Shown in pieces: positions 38,401-51,184 of a DNA stretch of 64,000 nt (position 1 is its first letter; each line of letters opens with the position of its first letter). The stretch covers positions 34,410,001-34,474,000 of the forward strand of contig NC_043002.1 in assembly GCF_006345805.1 (NCBI RefSeq). The letters run 5' to 3'. The notes beneath the pieces were generated by a model that ran no database searches, was not told the origin of the DNA, and was given only the letters and a program-made list of their open reading frames with translations. The position numbers and the translations under genes are program-made. The DNA comes from Octopus sinensis. Its lineage: Eukaryota.

Positions 38401-39497
38401 ATGGTGGGGGCGTAAGCACTGATGATGGTCGCACTAGTCTTGTTTCCAAGTGGGAGCTGCATCTTCATCAGCCGATCGTTGATACCCTCGGGGGGGCTTT
38501 CCAGTTTCCGCACGTGTACTGACTTAATGGCAAAACCAACACCAGCCTCACGACGCTCTTCGCTGCTGCGACCACTCCAAAAGAAAGTGTAGCCGCCGCC
38601 TGTCTCTGTCAGCTGGCCTTTGTCCGCAAGGCGGGTCTCGCTCAGTGCTGCAATATCGACACTGTATCGGCTCAGTTCTCTGGCCACCAGGGCAGTTCGT
38701 CTCTCTGGTCTGTCCGCTTTGGTGTTGTCAAGCAGAGTTCTCACGTTCCAAGTTGCGAAAGTGAGCACCTTTGTTTGTTTTCTTCTTTCTTTGTTTCGAC
38801 CGCTTGGAAAGGATCCCCGCCAGCCGCGGTTTGCTGACCAGGGTGAGGTGAGGCAGGCTATGTTTAGGGCAACCTTTTCTAGCCCCGTCCTCATGCTGGG
38901 GAGGCGAGCAGAGCGATCCTGAAGAGGGCTGCTCGGTCACTCAGGAGGCTGCCGGACTCCACTGCTGCCTCAGTTCAGTGAGGGGCGACCACATGTCCTG
39001 AGCCGCCTGTGTGTGGGTTCACGACTGCAGCTCCCAGTGTATCCTCACCTGCTACTTCGCCGTTTCCCCATCGCCACAGGACTTTGGGATGGTGTCATGG
39101 CGTCATGATGTCGTGACATGCGCGTGACTTGGATTATAGTGAGGGTGACTTGCGCAGGATCAGCCTCACTCTCTCGTCCTGGTGCGCCGGATCCAGTGGC
39201 AAGACAAAGTCAAGACGACTGGGGGTAGACCAAGATGCAGGAGCTGCCGGAAGGTGGCACGCATGGCGCAATCCAACCGCCTTAGGGGCTCCACTCCGGA
39301 TTTTGGATGGCCATTGACTCATGAGAGAGTTCCTCTGCCCTTTGACAAGTTTTGTTTTTAGTCCTGCTGGGTGTCCAAATCACCCTCCTCACCAAGAAAT
39401 CTTGGTGGGGTTGCCAGTTTAGTCGCCAACGACCCGACCATGTAACAGGTTGTACTGGGTTACATGTTACCAGTAGCTCCAAGCGGAGACCTGACAC
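35481..39497 (-). mobile_element. Full-length RTE-clade LINE, 4017 bp, with 13-bp TSD
   Basis: TSD tactttgtatata at 35468-35480 and 39498-39510; ~600-nt 5' UTR; single long ORF; short 3' UTR with hairpin cttcg-aac-cgaag and (ATT)n tail. Confidence 0.97.
35523..38894 (-). CDS. RTE ORF2p: APE endonuclease, reverse transcriptase and C-terminal C2H2 zinc finger (1123 aa)
   Basis: EN motifs TWNVRTL, ALSETRL, SAYAPT, LGDFNARVG, LIDY, TDHRL. RT motifs KAPGSD, RGISLLS, QCGFR, FVDLTKAFD, GVRQGCVLAP, FADD, YLGS. Zinc finger CPTCGRGFLARIGLTSHLRSH. No stops. Confidence 0.97.
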   Translation of the reverse strand: MRTGLEKVALNIACLTSPWSANRGWRGSFPSGRNKERRKQTKVLTFATWNVRTLLDNTKADRPERRTALVARELSRYSVDIAALSETRLADKGQLTETGGGYTFFWSGRSSEERREAGVGFAIKSVHVRKLESPPEGINDRLMKMQLPLGNKTSATIISAYAPTMTNPEEVKDRFYEELDSLITSAQPEKLILLGDFNARVGTDHQAWHRVLGKQGIGKCNSNGQLLLRACASHDLTIANTLFRLPTRNKTSWMHPRSKHWHLIDYVIVRAKDRRDVRLVKAMCGADCWTDHRLIISRMDFYIRPKRRPQGQKVTRKLNITKLRNQLTAQDLQSRMDSKLLDIRSDQSSIDEQWESFRDTVHSIALETLGQITRNHQDWFDENDQEIQKLLEEKRRLLRAHQNDTTCTAKKAAFNNIRSTVQAKLRLMQDAWLSAKADEIQGYADKHDTKKFYEALKAVYGPQFSFGSTPLLSSDGTSLLTNKRLILERWAEHFNIVLNRPAQINEEAIARLTQVPTNHELAVPPAVGEVSRAIKKMSTGKAPGSDAIPAEVFKSGGPTMISQLTSLFQSMWDREQLPQDFRDATIVHIYKRKGDRQSCDNHRGISLLSIAGKILARVLLDRLLEHLEQGLLPESQCGFRAGRGTTDMIFAARQLQEKCMEQHLDLCMTFVDLTKAFDTVSREGLWKVMGKFGCPSKFIAIVRQFHDGMTARILEDGDSSEAFQVTNGVRQGCVLAPTLFSIMFSAMMSDAFRDCKSGINIKYRTDGKLFNSRRLQVVTKVRETVVRDFLFADEVRETVVRDFLFADDCALNAIDEQEMQLEMDRFSSACDNFGLTISAKKTEVMFQPAPGKQYHEPQIRVNGRILRVVENFTYLGSTLSCNANIDAETINRISKASSAFGRLRKKVWERRGISLNTKLKVYRAVVLTTLLYGCETWTAYRRHERQINHFHLRCLRNLLHIRWQDKVPDTEVLKQADLPSTITIMRKAQLRWAGHVTRMSDTRIPKQLFYGELGQGRRKVGGQKKRYKDSLKVSLKDFSIGTETWETLAANRSSWRSAITVGAGTAEEGRIRSAEQKRQMRKVRAACTSSTAPTHFCPTCGRGFLARIGLTSHLRSHGGSSIR

Positions 39498-39564
39498 TAC
39501 TTTGTATATATATACATTATATATACATATTTATATATAGATACAGACACACACATATATAGCT

Positions 39565-39978
39565 TAACCCAATAAATATCTGATTCATAATATTTGTTCA
39601 ATAAAACTCTCTATGAATAGAGATACAGACATAAAGACATACAGAGGGAAAGAGGGAAAGAGTGACAGCGCTGACGAAGGCGTCGGAGAAAGACAGTAGT
39701 ATCTGTCAAACGTTCTTATAGAGAGAATGTGATGGGAAGGGAGGAAACAGAGAGAAACAGAGGAAGAGAATGAGAGGAGACTTTTCAAAGTGTGCGTTTT
39801 TTGCCCTAGTAACCACACCTTTTAAGATAGGGATTTCTAACCTAGCCCACTCATATCCTCACCTCATTTTACATGTCCCTGTAAATTTTGGAGTCAATCC
39901 GACGGGATCTAGTGCCCTTTAACCCGTTCCAATGCCAAAACCAGACAAACAAACTTTTCGCATTTCAGATTTATAGAT
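39565..39978 (-). mobile_element. Degraded non-autonomous Helitron-like element
   Basis: Minus-strand start TCTATAAATCTGAAATGCGAAAAGTTTGTTTGTCTG; shares ccacacctttaagat..ccta blocks with 34546-35075. Confidence 0.45.
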
Positions 39979-40134
39979 ATTGATATCTGTACATATACAT
40001 ATCTCTATATGTTATGTGTATATATATACCCACACTCATTTATATATACATATATATACATAAGCACGCATATATATAAATGTGTGTGTGTATCTTAATG
40101 TAAAGGTTATAAAGCTTATTGAAATATGATAATT

Positions 40135-40617
40135 TCAGATTTTGACACAAGGCTAGCAATTTCAGGGAAGGATATAAGTCGATTACATCGACCTCGATGC
40201 ACGACAGGTACTTATTTTATTGAACCCGAAAGGATAACAGGCAAAGTCGACTTTGGCGTAATTTGAGCTCGGAACGTGAGAACGGGTGAAATGCCGCTAA
40301 GCTTTTAGCCCGACATGTTAACGATTCTGCCTGCTCGCCAACATAGTATATTGAAAGATATTAGAATATAATTTATACAACACAAACATTATCTTAACAG
40401 GTTGAGTAGAATGATGGTGGCGACCAAGCAGAACCGTTAGTACGCTTAGCGGCATTTCGTCTGTCTTCGTACTGAGTTCAAATTCCGCCGAAGCCAACTT
40501 TGTTTTTCATCTTTTCTGGGTCGATAAAACAAATACCAGTTGAGCAATGGGTCCCATGTAATCAACTTACCCCTTCCAACTGAATTTCTGACCTTGTGTC
40601 AAAATTTGAAACCAATA
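40135..40617. mobile_element. Divergently oriented SINE B pair (- 40135-40340; + 40415-40617)
   Basis: Family motif present on both strands. Confidence 0.75.
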
Positions 40618-40734
40618 TGTTGAGTGGAATTGAAGTTGTGTTCATTACATCGAAAAATGACCGTCTACTTTGAGTTTCGTCCTAAGCACATTTTACGACA
40701 TTCGTCAACAGCCAATCCTAACGCAAAACTCAGA

Positions 40735-42265
40735 GTGAACTGTCAAATTTTGCTGTAATAACTACATACAACTAACAAACAATCATACATACTCTCTGCT
40801 CTCAATGTGCTTGCAGTGCCACTACTCATACCAACATTTGGGCTGCTTGATTAGACGCTTGATGAGATCCGAGCCATTAATTTGAAAACCCGAAGCACAC
40901 ATAATGTTCACATAAACAGTGACGTAGACCGCCTCTTCTTAAACTGAAAACAAGGCGGCAGAGGTTTAACATCGATACAAAATACCTTTGAATGTCGTAT
41001 CATATCCCTTGGACAAAATCTTTTAACCACCAAATGTCGAAGTGCATCTCTTGACCAAGTTTGCATACATGATGCTGGTAACCTCATAAGACTTGAAAGA
41101 CAACTCCTTGAGCAACACTTTTTGTCTGGTAACCTAGAATACATGACCAAAGAAGTCGCACAACTCTACCACAACGTATCATCAGATTAAAGGATGTGCC
41201 TATATGAGCAGAAGACTATGCATGGATATGTTAGTAGAAAGCTCCGTGATGATAGAAACATCGATCATCAAAACAGTTTATCATGAACCAATAACCGGAT
41301 TACTACCCTCCACCACCACTTTGAAGGATACCCGTTTGCAATCCAGGAACAGGAAATATCAACTGAGTACCTGATACACAAAAGGGATAGAAATGCAGGA
41401 AAAGCCGGAAAATGACAACCGATGCAGACTTTGTGGAGTACACACTGAAGGTATTACCCACATCATAAGCAGTTGTCCGAAAATGTCAACACAGTATTAT
41501 CTACCGATGAGACATGACGTTGTAGCTAGGACACTCTATAATGAAATCTGTTGGAAGGACAAAGAAATAAGAACCCACTATATGGTAGAAACCATAGCCA
41601 CTCATAATGAAAAAAGGAATACTGGTGGAATGTACCAGTGAAGACCTCAATAAAATGTAAGCACAATAGACCTGATATAATGATTTGGGATAGAGAAGAG
41701 AAACTATGCACAATTGTGGAAATTAGCAGCCCAGCGGATGTTAACATAAAGCTGAAGATCATTGAAAAAGAGAACACCTATGCTGAACTATTGAGAAATC
41801 TGCAGTTACTCTATCCAGATTACAAGTTCAAGTTTACACCTATAATTATTGGGGCCCTGTGATATGTAACGCACTGCCTGAATCTTTAGAAATTTGGCAT
41901 CTCAAAAATCAGAAAGAAGAAAGCTAATTCGAAGACTACAGATCCAGTCCATCACTGGAACTGTAAAAATCTGTAAAACTTTCCAGAAGTTTATCATTTT
42001 TTAGCATGCCTAGATATGCAACTGTATGCATGAGAATACATACATAAAGCATACAAATCTGCACATACTTACATGAATACATACATACATACATACATAC
42101 ATACATACATACATACATACATACATACATACATACATACATACATACATACAATGAAAAATACCGTTAAAGTTGAAATTCCAATGACGGAACCTTGGAT
42201 CTAGGTTAGAAACCGGTTCTTTCTCTATCGGCAAGAAATCTTGAAATACACTGAATAATGACATA
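40735..42265 (+). mobile_element. 5'-truncated R4/Dong-like LINE with RLE domain, 3' end in (TACA)n
   Basis: AVPLLIPTFG, HINSDVDRL, GGRGLTSI, AIQEQEIST, zinc knuckle CRLCGVHTEGITHIISSC, RHD, NRPDIMIWD..IVEISSP..EKENTY and PIIIGAL; several stops and frameshifts. Confidence 0.92.
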
Positions 42266-42751
42266 CATACATACATACATACATACATACATAAATGATG
42301 GTTGTCCACTCGTAGGTGAGGAAAACTATCACTGACCATTGTCCATGCAAAAATGTCAGCAATGTCTGTGCATATGATTATTGCACTCGCAGTTGGTTTC
42401 ACCAGGGCTCGCACCTGTGCCTTACATGCTCGTCGCGGCGCCCTTCTATTCGACCGGGCATCGGAAAGTCGCCTCGCTGACGATCGCGCAAACTACAATT
42501 TTATGTCAAATAAGGCTTGCACAACACCTCACAGACCCTCTCCACTTTGTTGACATGACCCACAGACAATCCAGAGCAAAATATTCAGTGCCAATATGGA
42601 TCTCAGATTCTCGAAAATAGGAGTGCCGTGATCAAGGCTTTTGTCGGCCCGAGGCTATAGTAGAAGACACCTACCCAAAGTGCCACGCAGTGGAACTGAA
42701 ATCGAAACCATGTGGTTGGGAAGCAAGCTTCTTACCACACAACCACTATAT

Positions 42752-42851
<100 letters not shown>

Positions 42852-43424
42852 CTACATACATATATATATAAAGTAATAATTTAAATGAGGAAAGAAGTCA
42901 AATTGACATTACAATTGTTACCGTTAATGAAGAATATTTTTATTTCATATCTCATACAATCTTATGCAATTAATACAATGCCATGTAATATACGCCATAG
43001 TATATGAAAATATGTAATGAGATATCCCAAAACAGGTATTTGGTCGATTGTGTTTTCATGTTACGAACATCTAACGAGGCGAATGGACTATAAGTTTATT
43101 ATTGTATATTTCTATATATTATAGCATGTATTACACAACATTGTGTCTGTTGCATATCGTTGTATGAGATATGGAATGAGATATTGTAATGTCGATTTGA
43201 CCTCCTCCTTCCCTTATTTGAATTATTATATTTATTACTCACTCTACGGGGCTCATTTTAAGCCTACTGGATCTTACGTTGGAGTTGTATACTGCTCCCA
43301 TTTATATCAGTCAAAGTCTTACGGGTTTCCTCTTCATCTAGGCAGGGTCCTGCATCACGTGTTAATAAAATGATTGCCAGGATTATGTGTGTGCGTGTGA
43401 GTGTGTGTTTGTGTATACATATAC

Positions 43425-43473
<49 letters not shown>

Positions 43474-43503
43474 CATACATACATACATACATACATACAT
43501 ACA

Positions 43504-43552
<49 letters not shown>

Positions 43553-43603
43553 GTATACATATGCATACATACATACATAAATACACATGCACATATATAT
43601 TGG

Positions 43604-43667
<64 letters not shown>

Positions 43668-43870
43668 TACATACATACTTGCATACATACATACATACAT
43701 ACATACATACATACATACATACATACATACATACATAGACATAGACATATATAAACACACATATATATATATACAAACATATATATACATAGAAATATAC
43801 ATACACAAATATATATATAAACACATATAGATAATATGCGAACAATGTATTATGTGCCTATGTCTATGTT

Positions 43871-43915
<45 letters not shown>

Positions 43916-43918
<3 letters not shown>

Positions 43919-44115
43919 CGCAGGAGTGGCCATGTATAGGTGCATGAGTGGCTATGTGGTAAGTAGCTTGAAGTGGCTTGCTTACCAACTATATGTTTCT
44001 GGGTTCAGAACCACTGCGCGGCACCTTGGGCAAGTGCCTTCTGCTGTAGCCTCGAGCAGACCAAAGCCTTGTGAGTGGATTTGGTAGACGAAAGCTGAAA
44101 AAAGCCCGTCGTATA
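43916..44115 (+). mobile_element. SINE family A, 5' half (another head fragment lies at 42632-42746, minus)
   Basis: ggcgcaggagtggc..ggcaccttgggcaagtg..ccaaagccttgtgagtggatttggtagacg. Confidence 0.75.
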
Positions 44116-44122
44116 TGTGTGC

Positions 44123-44202
<80 letters not shown>

Positions 44203-44564
44203 GAACTCTTTGCATGTATTTATATGACTAGGAATAAAACAGAATTTATGTTTTTAACTACCATATTATCAAGAAAACACTGAAACTCTTAACCAACATT
44301 ATTAAAACTTCAATTAGAGAATCCATAAATTCAATACAAATTAGGGTACTTGAGGTAAAATTTGTCGGTTTTATCATGCTGTTTGGTGTTGTTTTTTTTC
44401 CTTACATTTTACCACCTTTTTTGCTATTATAATAGAGATTAATTAAAATATGATGAGAATCAACAACGAAATACAATCATAGTTTTTAGATAATAAGTAT
44501 GAAATCTATATAGATAGATAGCAGGTGTTTTAATGTGTGCGCGTGAGTGTGAAAGAGAGAGAGC

Positions 44565-44618
<54 letters not shown>

Positions 44619-44890
44619 ATGTGTGTGTGTGCATGTGTGTGTGTGCGTGTGTGTGTGTGCGTGTGTATGGATGGATAGATGGATGGATGGATATATATAT
44701 ATATATATATATGTATATACATACACAAACATATACATACATATACATATATGTGTATATATATATATTTATATATATGTGCGTATATATATATAAATAT
44801 ATATAATAAATATTAGGGAATAAATCCAAATTTACAGGGAAAAAAATCAGATTTAGGATTAAATCCAATTTTATAGTAAAATATTATAAA

Positions 44891-45071
44891 ATATAAAATA
44901 TTATTAGAGACAAAACCACTATTTTGCAAAACAAACAAGGAAAGACTTAATCAATACATAAAATTTTAATAAATAGTCAAATTGACAATTTATTAAAATT
45001 TTATGTATTGATTAAGTCTTTCCTTGTTTGTTTTGCAAAATAGTGGTTTTGTCTCTAATAATATTTTATAT
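44891..45071. repeat. Near-perfect 181-bp palindrome
   Basis: 90-bp arms around a single A at 44981, with one mismatch near the centre; embedded between TA tracts. Confidence 0.92.
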
Positions 45072-45177
45072 AAATATATATATATATATATAATTTCAAC
45101 AATTGAGGGCAAAATTAATTAATTATTAATCAATTTCACCAAGTGTTCAGTATGCAAAGAGACCATTTTATATAATG

Positions 45178-45211
<34 letters not shown>

Positions 45212-45471
45212 GCGAATATGTTAGTATGTATGAATGTATGTATGAATGTACGAATGGATGTATGTACAAATGTATATATGTATGTATGTAGGTATGTATG
45301 TATGCATGTATGAACGAATGTATATATATGTACGAATGTATATATGTATGCATGTATGTATACTGGAATTGGGAACCTTTCAGTTATAATGTATTAAAGA
45401 ATATTCTACACTTACGTATTGAGTTCTGTAATTTATTGTCTCTGGTGATTCAACAGAGAATATGTGTGTGT

Positions 45472-45518
<47 letters not shown>

Positions 45519-46141
45519 TTTAGAGGAAGGGTAGTTGTAAGATTATGCGATGTTCATGCTTTTCCAATGCATAATTGATGTAAATAATCAATTAAAAAAA
45601 ACTGTGACTGGGAACAGAAACCGTGTCATCGATTGGTTGTTGGGAGTGTTCGGTGAGTTTCGATGGTTATAATTAAATGAAATTAGGATGTATAATCATA
45701 ATATGATAACGTGTGTTTACACTATTTCACGCGAGGTTATATAACAACATATTGAAAAAAATAGTAACAACCGTGTTGTGTGATGTGGTATGCTGTGGTG
45801 AGACACACGGACGAAACAACTAATATAACATCCCAGCTCTCGAACCAATAAAGGAAAAGCTACTAGGTCAATCGACTTACTAAAAATAGCAGCCAAAATA
45901 CACTATGAGCCTTGAGAAGACAAGGGCACGTTGGATAATGCAGTCAGTCGTTGATACTCGAAGCTCTAGACAAGGATGGTGTTGATATGATTAGATCGTC
46001 TTTATTCATTAAGCCCGCTTAAGCAGGGTTGATTTGCGGCTGAAGAACGACATCTCGGTTTTATTAAGACTGCTCAAGATACTTTCAAAAGATAAAGCGT
46101 CCAATGGTAATAACGGTTGGTTCTTTGTTAATAATAATAAC

Positions 46142-46272
<131 letters not shown>

Positions 46273-46313
46273 CATCATCATTATTATTATTATTATCATA
46301 GTAATAATAATAA

Positions 46314-46810
46314 ATACCCAGATGCAATACCAGGTACTGGCTCTCATGGTTTCTGATCTTAACTGATTGTAAGTGTTAGCATTTACATGTTTTGTCTTAG
46401 TATAAAAGATGAGCAACAATAAATATTCTTCTCAATACCAAAGACTTGCTTGTCTCAATACCAAAGAGTTGTTTGACCCTATCCAGTTGAGCATGTCCCT
46501 TAGGTAGGGGAAGCATCATAGCCATGTGTTGAGAGGAATTCTTTTGGGTTTGAATAATTCACCCGGGAAACATTGGTGTTTCGTTCAACATCCTTAAACA
46601 ACCCTATTCAGAGACCTTTTGAGCAGGATGGGCTACTTAACCTGAAGAAAATTCTAACTGGACCCCACCTGCAAGGTCATGCGCTGTTTATCTTCATATG
46701 AGATCACCATGTCACTCACATATGGTTGTGATGCATGTGCCTTGAGCTAACTGCATGTGCCTAGTGCTCACTCTGTGTGTGTGTGTGTGTGTGTGTGTCT
46801 CTCTCTCTCA
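46314..46810 (+). mobile_element. ~550-bp (AAT)n-associated element, copy 2 (internal deletions)
   Basis: Starts atacccagatgcaataccagg after (TAA)n; ends ctctctca(ATA)n. Confidence 0.8.
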
Positions 46811-47144
46811 ATAATAACAATAATAATAATAATAATAATAATTTCTCACAGAAGTAAATGGCAAGATTTTAGGTGAACGTTCAAAGGAACTTCCATACCA
46901 TCAATTAGCTTGCTACAAATAGCAACCAACTAACTGTTCCTAAAAGAAGACCGGACACGGTGGACAATGTAAGCCTAATTGTACACAAAGACGGGATTGT
47001 CATGAATGGAATGTCTTTGATAATAGGTTTGCTCAATCGGTGCTGACCAGCGACTAAGCAACTACATATTTTATCGACATCTGAAGAATTAAAGCAAAAC
47101 AAAACCCCAGAAGGCGTGCTTTGCACCTATGTTAGAAATTATTG

Positions 47145-47532
47145 AACGGGCAAAATTGATAGAGCGTCGGACAAAACGCCTCTGCGATGTGCTCCGGCTC
47201 TTTACTTTTTGAGTTAAAATCACACCGAGGTCAACTTTGCTTTTCATCCTTTCTTTACCATTGACCCCAGTCCATAGCAGCGACATAATCCCCCCCTTTA
47301 AAATGTTGACCTTGTGCCTACATTAGAAATCATTACCATCATTATTATGAGTTCAAATTCCGCCGACGTTGAATTTGCCTTTCATCCTCTCAGGGTCAAT
47401 AAAATAAATGTCTGTTGAACGCTGGTGTCGATGTAAACAACTATCTCGCTCCCTTAACTTGCTGGCCTTGTGCCAAAATTTGAAACCACTACCATCATCG
47501 TGATCATCATCGTGATCATCATCATCATCATT

Positions 47533-47570
<38 letters not shown>

Positions 47571-47855
47571 TATTGTCATCATCATCATCACCATCATCAT
47601 CATCACCATCATCATCATCAGCAGCAGCAGCATCATTATTAATGCTGCGAACAGGTAGTGTCGTTACAATGCAGGATAGAATGCTTAGCGGGATTTCGCC
47701 CATCTTTACGTTCAAAGTTCAAATGCTACTGAGGTCTACTTTGCCTTTCATCCTTTCGGGGTTGATAAAATAAGTTTCAGTTGAACACTGGAGGCCGATG
47801 TAATCGACTTCCCCCTCTGCCGAAACTGCTGACTCTGTGTCAAAATTTGAAACTA
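47145..47855 (+). mobile_element. Three SINE B copies separated by ATT/ATC microsatellites
   Basis: Repeated ctttgc(c/t)tttcatcct motif at ~47235, ~47375 and ~47740. Confidence 0.7.
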
Positions 47856-47881
47856 TTATTAATATTGTTGTTGTTGTTATT

Positions 47882-48639
47882 GAATGAGAGAGCAATGCAT
47901 ACCATCAAAGTGACACTGGGGCACAAATATACGATGCCCAAGATACTCATCATGTCTACCTACCTAAGGTTACACCAGGCACATGCATCACAACCATATG
48001 TGCGTGATATGGTAATCTCATATCAAGAGAAAAGCAGTGCATGACCTTTCAGGTAATGCCCGATAAGAATTTTCTTCGGGCCGAGTATCTCGTCCCGCTC
48101 AAAAAGTCCTTGAATAAGGTTTACTCTTTTACTCTTTTACTTGTTTCAGTCATTTGACTGTGGCCATGCTGGAGCACCGCCTTTTAGTCGAGCAAATCGA
48201 CCCAGGACTTATTCTTTGTAAGCCTAGTACTTATTCTATCGGTCTCTTTTGCCGAACCGCTAAGTTACGGGAACGTAAACACACTAACATCGGTTGTCAA
48301 GCGATGGTGGGGGGACAAACACAGACGTACAAACATATACACATACAAACATGTACACACACATATATGACAGTTTCCGTCTACCAAATCCACTCACAAG
48401 GCTTTGGTCGGCCCGAGGCTATAGTAGAACACACTTGCCCAAGGTGCCACCCAGTGGGACTGAACCCAGAACTATGTGGTTGGTAAGCAAGCTACTTACC
48501 ACACAGCCACTCGTTGAAGGATGATGAACGAAACATCCATATTTTCATGAGTGAATTATTCAAGCCCCACAGAATTCCTCTCAACACATGGCTATGATGC
48601 TCCCCTACTACTCCTGCTCGTGATCAGAAATGCACATAT
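47882..48639 (-). mobile_element. (AAT)n-associated element copy 3, split by a SINE A inserted at 48121-48511 (minus)
   Basis: The consensus gaataagg|gttg..aaggatg is interrupted by a complete SINE A. Confidence 0.8.
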
Positions 48640-49017
48640 AATTCGGGGTTATACTTCTTGTTAATTCTTCTCTACAGAAGGTTCCTCTTACCCATTAGTG
48701 CCTCGTGGTGTTAAAAACAAATATTTTTGTTACTACGTGGGAATGAGTGAGAGGTGTCGATTGTCGCAATCATTTCAAACGAGTTTCTACGCGGTTATTT
48801 GACCTACTATAAATAGCAGTCAAATCTCACTCAGATTACAAGCTTACTATCTTAAAAAAGAATTTAAAAAAACTGACGGGGAACATTGAATAATGTAGTC
48901 CTTGATGCACTGTGACTGAATATAAAGACAGATCGGTCACAGATTGAACGCTTTAGATCGTAGGTCTGATCGATCCCGGTTGGCCAGAGACTAAAAAACA
49001 ACAGCTGCAAATAACAG

Positions 49018-49048
<31 letters not shown>

Positions 49049-49682
49049 GAAACAACGATCCATTCTAAATATACAGAGCAAAACAACTGTATGACTTCAC
49101 GGTTACAGTTGGCTAATAAATCTGGACATTGAAGGGCAACGATGTGATGGGAGGGAGTTGTGTCAAGTGAGATAGTGCTCCAGCATGGTCTTGAACTAAA
49201 GGCCTAAAACGAACTAGAGAATGCCACAACTTTCCGTCGGCAGACTAATGGCCTCGCACCATTTATTTAGATCCCTTTATGTTCCACTTTCAAATCCCAC
49301 CACTTTCTTCTACATCCCTTTGTAGTTCACAAAACAAGGACCAGTAATGTACTGGGGGCCGATTCGGTCGATTAGCTGCGTTACCTACACGTGTGAGATC
49401 TTGTGCCAATATTGGAAATTATTATCCTTATTAGTGACGGAATCTTTAGAGCATCAGATAAAATGCCCTGCAGTATTTTTTTCTGGTTCTTTACGTACTG
49501 GGTTCAAATCCCACTAAGGTCAACTTTGAATTTCATTCCTCGCGGGTCGATATAACGAAGTACCAGTCAAGTACTAAGATCGCTAGAATCAAATAATACA
49601 GCTTCACCTCCAAACTGCTGGCCTCGTGCCAAAATCAGAGAACTGAGAAGAATATATTTTTCTATTTAATGAGAGCTTACGA

Positions 49683-50060
49683 ACTACATGGTTCCGGGTT
49701 CAGTCCCACTTCGTGGCATCTTGGTCAAGTGTGTTCTAATATAGCCTCAGGCCGACCAAAGCCTTGTGAGTAGATTTGGTAGACGAAAACTGAAAGAATC
49801 CCATCGTATATATCTATGTATGTGTGTGGTGTGTGTGTATGTTAGTGTGCCTGTGTTTGTCCCCCCAACATCACTTGACAACCGATGCTGGTGTGTTTAC
49901 GTCCCTGTAACTTAGCGGTTCGGCAAAAGAAATCGATAGGATAAGTACTAGGCTTACAAAGAATAAGTCCTGGGGTCGATTCGCTGGATTGAAAAGGCAG
50001 TGCTCCAGCATGGCCACAGTCAAATGACTGAAACAAGTAAAAGAGAGAGTAAAAAGAGTC
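49683..50060 (+). mobile_element. SINE family A
   Basis: Family motifs and (aaaagagt) tail. Confidence 0.85.
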
Positions 50061-50105
50061 AAATAAAATGGTAAACATAGAATTTTGGAATATGATATAT
50101 CTACA

Positions 50106-50173
<68 letters not shown>

Positions 50174-50279
50174 TAGATACATTGACTGATACTGACACAC
50201 AGACGCACAAACGCGCTCGCACACATACACTCGCTAATATACATACACATACGTACATATACTTATACATGTATACATA

Positions 50280-50311
<32 letters not shown>

Positions 50312-50514
50312 ATCGACGGAAGTTGGAAAGTGACTCAACAGTCGAGAGTTTCGTGCGTTGCCCTGTTTGATACGTGCCAATGTCGATTAATCTTTTCTAC
50401 TCTAGGCACAAGGCCCGAAATTTTGGGAGGAGGAGGCCAGTCGACTAGATAGATCCCAGTACGCAACTGGTACTTAATTTATCGACCTCGGCAGACCTAA
50501 TGCCGATTAATACA

Positions 50515-50568
<54 letters not shown>

Positions 50569-50737
50569 TCGTGTTCTGAGTTCTATTTTCTTCTTTGTAT
50601 TACTGAACACATGCGCGCACACACTCACACACGCACACACACACACACACACACATACACACATACACACACACACACACATAAGTGTGTGCATTTGTAT
50701 GTGTGTATGTTTGTGTGTGTGTATGTTCGTGAGTGTA

Positions 50738-50829
<92 letters not shown>

Positions 50830-51184
50830 CTTCTAGAAAGGGAGTGTTGGAAGGGAAACGGTGCTTTTCCGATATTCCTTTCCTAGGTCCATTGATGGGA
50901 CTTTTGTAATGTTGGAACAATGTTATACAACTGTTTATCTAACCAGATATGTGCGCGTGTGCGTGTGTGTGTGTGCGCGTGCGTGCGTGTGCGTATATCT
51001 GAAACAATATATATATATATTTAAGAATATTCTCTTTTCATGATGTTAGCAATAATATGCAAGTAATATTTTAAATGATTCCGAAACGTATGGCAATACA
51101 CACAACATAAGTTTTAGCCTCGTACACCTATCAGGTTCAACAATCTAGCAGCAAATATACAACAATAACAGGAGCAGTAATAGC

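Noticed and set aside
35910-38922. Plus-strand ORFs of up to 247 aa antisense to the RTE ORF
   Set aside because: Expected shadow ORFs of a GC-rich coding strand; no motifs.
42295-42630. GC-richer unique block as a host exon
   Set aside because: No splice-consistent ORF; its minus-strand end resembles a LINE tail, but there is too little to classify.
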